A DNA stretch of 64,000 bases, taken from the NCBI GenBank assembly GCA_951406725.2, contig OX597824.1, positions 55,180,001-55,244,000 of the forward strand, in the 5' to 3' direction. Source of the stretch: Octopus vulgaris (Eukaryota). Shown here in pieces: positions 59,034 through 64,000 of the stretch (the first letter of the stretch is position 1; every line of letters begins with the position of its first letter). The notes beneath the pieces are model-generated. The model was not told where the DNA came from, did not search any database, and saw only the letters and a program-made list of their open reading frames with translations. Both the position numbers and the translations under genes were made by a program.

Positions 59034-62000
59034 TCATGGAGGCTGTCTAGCAACTGCTATTTGGTGCATGAGAGAGTTCGATGCAGCTGCCCTCATCTGC
59101 CCCTCCTGCCGTGAAGTTGGTTCATCTGGGACACCTGACAGGAAGAGATCCAGCTTCATTTTAAAGACATCTGTATCCACCCCATGCAGGTCTCTCAGGT
59201 TCTTCGGGAGGATATTGAAGAGCTGTGGGCCTCGGAAGCCCAGGCTATCACAGAATCTTGTCCTACATCTTGATGGCAGGTTTGGAGTCCTAGGCACCAC
59301 GCAGTGGCGCCCAGTTCTGGCATTTGCGTAACTCTCGATGCCAAAGTTCAGGACACTTCCCTCCAGGATCTTCCAGATGTATATTATGGCATATCTTTCC
59401 CGCCTACGCTCCAGGGAATATAATGTTAATTTCTTGAGTCTTTCCCAGTAGCTTACATTCTGCATAGAGGCTATCTTCTTTGTGTAGCTTCGTTGGATCG
59501 CCTCAAGTTCTGTGATCAACTTGACACTGGATGGTGACCATAGCTGAGAGCAATAGTCAAAGTGGCTTAGGACAAGTGTCTTCCAGAGGACCATCATGGT
59601 TTCTTGTTCTCTTGTTCTAAAGGTTCTGAGAATCCATCCAGCCAGCCGTCTACATTTCATTGTCAGTTTAGCAACATGTACATGAAAGGTCGCGTCATCA
59701 CTCATGTGAATACCCAGGTCACGCATTGATTGTGCCTCTGGGATTGCAATCCCTCCGGGTCCAGTGTATTCATTGGGTATTGCATTCAGTTTTGCATGCT
59801 GATAGTATAAAGCTTGAAACTTTCCAGCATTGAACTGCATGCTATTCTTTTCAGCCCACTTGTATATTTCGTCCAGCTCACATTGCAGGTGTTTAGTGTC
59901 CTCAGGGTTCTGTATTGCCTGTGAAACTTTTGTATCATCTGCATAACTTGTGATCGTGGCTCTCTGCGTGGCTGAGGGCATGTCTGAGAGGGCCATTATG
60001 AACAGTAGTGGTCCCAGAACAGTGCCCTGCGGAACACCGCTCACTATTTGTGTGTTAATGGAGGTGGCCCCATTGGCTACTACCACCTGACTTCTATCCT
60101 TCAGAAAGTCATGAAGCCATTCTCCCAGTTTTCCAACTATGTTGAGATCACGCAGTTTGTGACATATCATCCCATGATCGACTTTATGAAAGGCCTTTGC
60201 AAAGTCGAGATATATCACTTCCACATTTGAGTGGTTGAGCAGCCGTTTCAGCACCCAGTCATAGTGTTGTAGGAGCTGAGTTAAACAGCTTCTCCCTGGT
60301 CGGAAACCATGTTGGGTGTCGGGCAGCAAGTCATTCTCTTCAAGGAAGGTGATCAGCTTCCTTCTGACTATTCGTTCCATGACCTTGCTGATGTGTGAGG
60401 TCAGAGAAATAGGTCTATAGTTCTTGGCTTCCGCTCTGCTACCTCCTTTATGAATGGGGCATATTTTACCTTCCTTCAGTTTTCCTGGAAGTTTGCCAGC
60501 TGCAAGGAAGCTCTGAAAGAGGAACTGCAGTGGTCTTGCTAGGACTCTCTTACATGCTTTTAGGAGGATTGCCGGGAATCCATCGGGGCCAGTAGCTGAG
60601 TCTGTTTTCATTTCATCTATAGCCTTGGTTACATCGTCTTCCTTTATATCGATGTAATCTATCGTCGCCGCCTCTGATTTTATATCTGCAGTGGTAAAAA
60701 AGTCTGTTGGATTGGTGATTTGGAGATGCCCAAGGGGTGGAGTGAAAACACTCTTGAATTGCTCATTCAGTATTTCACTTACCCTCATTGGTTTTCCTGT
60801 AAGTGTGCCATCCTTTTCGAGGAGTGGCCCTATTCTACAGTGCACTGTAGCTGTTTCTTTGGCATACCTGTAGAAAGCTCTGGGGTTAGATTTTATGTTT
60901 TCTATAGCCCAGGCTTCTTTGTCTGCTCTTTCTTTTTCATGGGAGAGTTCCAGACATTTTTCGATTTGCAACAGTTTTATTTTTAGGCGGGACTTTTCAC
61001 TGCTTTCAATCTGTTTGTTTAGGCGATTTGAAAATTTCGTACGCCGTCTCATTAAAATTTTCCTCTCTCTGGGGATTTTGTTCTTGTGTACGGTGGCCTT
61101 TCTCTCTGGGACACATTTGTAGCATATGGCTTGCATTACAGACATGAATTGTTGAAGTTTCACGTCGATGTCTGGCGAGGAGAGACATTTAGGCCAGTTT
61201 TGTTTGAGGATCTCTTTCTCAATTTGTTTCCAGTTTGCCTTATGGTAGTTCAAGCTGGAAAGATTTTGAGGGTTTCTTGTAGGCTGCATGTCCGTGCTCT
61301 CTTTTGGCCCGTACATGGTCAGCTCTATCATGTTGTGATCCGAGAGTAGTGTCGGTGTCACTTTCACATTATGGATGAGATCCATGTCATTTGTGAAGCA
61401 GAGATCCAGTGTGTTACCTGCCCTGGTTGGTTGGAGTATTACCTGCTCCATGTACAGGGTGTTGATGAGGTTCAGGAGGGACCTCGCCTGTCCTCGTTCA
61501 CATCTTGTATTTCCTGGGAGAGAAAGGCCCTCGGGCCATCTGACATTGGGCAGATTGAAGTCTCCCATAAGAAGCACACCTATGTGTTGTTCTAATGTGG
61601 TTAGAATTTCTTCTATTTTTATAAGGCAGTCTTCAAACTTGCCCACATGGCTTGGGGCATCTGGAGGGCGATATGTAGCACACACAACTACATCAAGTTG
61701 CCTAATATGTACAATTAGTGTGTCACACACCGAGTTTGAGTATGACAAGAGGACCTGGGGTGTGAGGTCCTCACGGATGTACATAGCAACACCTCCATGA
61801 CTCCTTTCTTTCCTGTCGGTCCGTAGTACAGCATACTGTGGTATGTGTAACTCCGCATCTGCTATGTCCGGTTTCAGGTGCGTTTCTGTAAGTGCTATGC
61901 ATAAGGCTTGATTGCATGCAACAAAGTCTCTCAGGAACGGGATCTTTGTCCTGTTACTGAGTGTTTGCAGTCCTCTGATGTTCAGTAGGAGTATCGAGGT

Positions 62001-62147
62001 GAGGTGTACGTTGTTGCCGGCGGTGTCCATCCTGTGTCTGTTTGCTGTGGTGGTCTGGTATATAGTGGGTAGTCCCACCTGCGGGCTTGGGTTTGATGGG
62101 TTTGATGAAGCCAGGTCAGCTGCTGTACAATCTTTTGTGCCATGCAC
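59034..62147 (-). CDS. LINE ORF2: APE endonuclease plus reverse transcriptase (1037 aa open; true start may be the Met near 62030)
   Basis: APE motifs 'NIRGL', 'LTETHL', 'GGVAMY', 'YRPP', 'GDFNLP', 'LDL' and 'SDH'. RT motifs 'NYRPISLTS', 'QHGFRPGRS', '[13 protein letters not shown]' and 'YADDTK'. CR1-like C-terminus 'DYCSQLWSP' and 'SLERRR'. Confidence 0.96.
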   Translation of the reverse strand: MHGTKDCTAADLASSNPSNPSPQVGLPTIYQTTTANRHRMDTAGNNVHLTSILLLNIRGLQTLSNRTKIPFLRDFVACNQALCIALTETHLKPDIADAELHIPQYAVLRTDRKERSHGGVAMYIREDLTPQVLLSYSNSVCDTLIVHIRQLDVVVCATYRPPDAPSHVGKFEDCLIKIEEILTTLEQHIGVLLMGDFNLPNVRWPEGLSLPGNTRCERGQARSLLNLINTLYMEQVILQPTRAGNTLDLCFTNDMDLIHNVKVTPTLLSDHNMIELTMYGPKESTDMQPTRNPQNLSSLNYHKANWKQIEKEILKQNWPKCLSSPDIDVKLQQFMSVMQAICYKCVPERKATVHKNKIPRERKILMRRRTKFSNRLNKQIESSEKSRLKIKLLQIEKCLELSHEKERADKEAWAIENIKSNPRAFYRYAKETATVHCRIGPLLEKDGTLTGKPMRVSEILNEQFKSVFTPPLGHLQITNPTDFFTTADIKSEAATIDYIDIKEDDVTKAIDEMKTDSATGPDGFPAILLKACKRVLARPLQFLFQSFLAAGKLPGKLKEGKICPIHKGGSRAEAKNYRPISLTSHISKVMERIVRRKLITFLEENDLLPDTQHGFRPGRSCLTQLLQHYDWVLKRLLNHSNVEVIYLDFAKAFHKVDHGMICHKLRDLNIVGKLGEWLHDFLKDRSQVVVANGATSINTQIVSGVPQGTVLGPLLFIMALSDMPSATQRATITSYADDTKVSQAIQNPEDTKHLQCELDEIYKWAEKNSMQFNAGKFQALYYQHAKLNAIPNEYTGPGGIAIPEAQSMRDLGIHMSDDATFHVHVAKLTMKCRRLAGWILRTFRTREQETMMVLWKTLVLSHFDYCSQLWSPSSVKLITELEAIQRSYTKKIASMQNVSYWERLKKLTLYSLERRRERYAIIYIWKILEGSVLNFGIESYANARTGRHCVVPRTPNLPSRCRTRFCDSLGFRGPQLFNILPKNLRDLHGVDTDVFKMKLDLFLSGVPDEPTSRQEGQMRAAASNSLMHQIAVARQPP

Positions 62148-62547
62148 AAAAAAGATTGTTGCTCAGCAGCTGCTCTTTCGACAACATCATGTTGGCTGTT
62201 TGTGGCGCGCACAACATCTGCGTACCTCCGCTTTGGGGCAGGTGGTGCGTGGTCCATCCCTTTTCTTTGTGTTGATGGTTTGTCCATCTGCCTCGTGTCT
62301 CTGTGGCAGGGTCCCCGATGTGCAAAGCGGCAGCCTGCACCTTCCTTTCTATGCCAGCAGGAACCTCTCAGGTAGAACATACACACCCGTGTGCGCTGTT
62401 TGGTTCCATCCTTTGCGGTTCCACTTCTATTCCTGGTTGTTTCACTCTTTGGTCCTGCTTGAGCTTTTTCTTTTCCTTTAGCTCTTCCAGTCCTTCTTTT
62501 AGTTCTTCTTCCTCCCTCTACCTCTTCACCGGGTTCTCCGTCTCCAT
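61982..62547 (-). CDS. LINE ORF1 (probably 5'-incomplete) with basic region and CCCH-type zinc finger
   Basis: '[15 protein letters not shown]...[23 protein letters not shown]'. The frame is open from the (TA)n boundary and overlaps the ORF2 start. Confidence 0.6.
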
Positions 62548-62549
62548 AT

Positions 62550-62582
<33 letters not shown>

Positions 62583-62603
62583 TATATACATATATATATA
62601 TAT

Positions 62604-62634
<31 letters not shown>

Positions 62635-62638
62635 TACG

Positions 62639-62710
<72 letters not shown>

Positions 62711-62983
62711 TACACCTATGTATTCCACCGAAGCTAGGTAAATAAAACCTTTGAACAGAGATTGTCAGAAGTGTGGAGCGACTGACCTCCCTTGTTCATA
62801 GGTTATATGGATACAGTTTGTGTATCAAATAGCTAACTTAAGGCGATGGCCTCATGGAGCTAATAAGCGGTCAGCTTTATTCTTATTTTTATAAGAATGC
62901 CATATTAGTATGGCGATAACTAATATTTTCCGGGAACGCTGCCGTTGTTCTCTTTTAGAGAGACTTAGTAATTTTAATATTTC

Positions 62984-63150
<167 letters not shown>

Positions 63151-63206
63151 CATATATATATATATGTATATATTGATCAAAATAAAAACATGATGCCAAG
63201 GATTCA

Positions 63207-63284
63207 GCGGTACATATGTTTCGGGCTTTTATTAGACAGATTTATAACAATGTATAATGTATGTCTGTGGCCTTCTTCAGCCGC
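63207..63284 (-). ncRNA. Type I hammerhead ribozyme (family B)
   Basis: Reverse complement of gcgg CTGAAGA aggcc...gccc GAAA catatg TA ccgc. Confidence 0.85.
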
Positions 63285-63561
63285 GCACAACAACTTCCAC
63301 AAGGACAAGTGTTACATCAAAAATTCTTGGTTGGGGATGCAAATCCTCTCATTCGCGTACGACATAATGCGGCAACAGCATAGAATTGAAGCGTCCATCT
63401 CTTTCTTCTCTCAATGTAGAATGATTCTACATTCAGAGAAGAAAGAGATGGATGCTTCAATTCTATGCTGTTGCCGCATTATGTCATACGCGAATGAGAG
63501 GATTTGCATCCCCAACCAAGAATTTTTGATGTAACACATGTCCTTGTGGAAGTTGTTGTGC

Positions 63562-63639
63562 GCGGCTGAAGAAGGCCACAGACATACATTATGCATTGTT
63601 ATAAATCTGTCTAATAAAAGCCCGAAACATATGTACCGC
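63562..63639 (+). ncRNA. Type I hammerhead ribozyme (family B)
   Basis: gcgg CTGAAGA aggccacaga...tctgtctaataaaagccc GAAA catatg TA ccgc. Confidence 0.85.
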
Positions 63640-63773
63640 TGAATCCTTGGCATCATGTTTTTATTTTGATCAATTTACTCCACCACCTACACCACCAAAC
63701 GGTATACACAGTTGCTTATAATTATCAAGTACTCACCCCGAATTTCTATATATGTATATATATATATACACAC

Positions 63774-63863
<90 letters not shown>

Positions 63864-63892
63864 GTATGTATATATGTATGTATATATATATG

Positions 63893-63960
<68 letters not shown>

Positions 63961-64000
63961 TATGTATATATATATGTATATATATATATATATATATATA

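Larger units (their letters stand above)
58938..62547 (-). mobile_element. Young CR1-type LINE (ORF1 part, open ORF2, 3' UTR with (ATCA)n tail) embedded in (TA)n
   Basis: Two overlapping ORFs, a short 3' UTR with hairpin CAGCT-CATA-AGCTG and an AATC repeat tail. (TA)n lies directly on both sides. Confidence 0.95.
63172..63747. mobile_element. Inverted pair of family B pLTR ends (arms 63172-63421 and 63425-63674, right arm extended to ~63747)
   Basis: Near-perfect palindrome centred ~63423. Both arms match 58470-58720. Confidence 0.92.

Overview
This is AT-rich, repeat-saturated animal genomic DNA. The SINE/RTE/Penelope repertoire and very large (TA)n tracts suggest a cephalopod such as Octopus (inference). 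Only one host gene is supported: three in-phase coding exons of a galectin carbohydrate-recognition domain on + (6373-6458, 20979-21180, 25805-25921), whose introns are filled with decayed transposons. Decayed elements in the first ~32 kb include Ty3/gypsy, mariner, RTE, RLE-type LINE, Helitron, MULE, L1/Tx1, Penelope and tRNA-SINEs. From ~33 kb onward the window is a (TA)n landscape colonised by Penelope-like elements (PLEs) and their pseudo-LTRs, often as inverted pairs, plus a CR1-type LINE with an open 1037-aa ORF2. The main hidden signal is RNA structure. About a dozen type I hammerhead ribozyme motifs from several families sit in the PLE repeats. Two covarying copies (35501-35647 +, 50228-50373 -) form a candidate hammerhead whose three core strands are in a non-circularly permuted order. 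Most long ORFs in the track are microsatellite artefacts. All calls were made by eye; no alignment, folding or database search was run.
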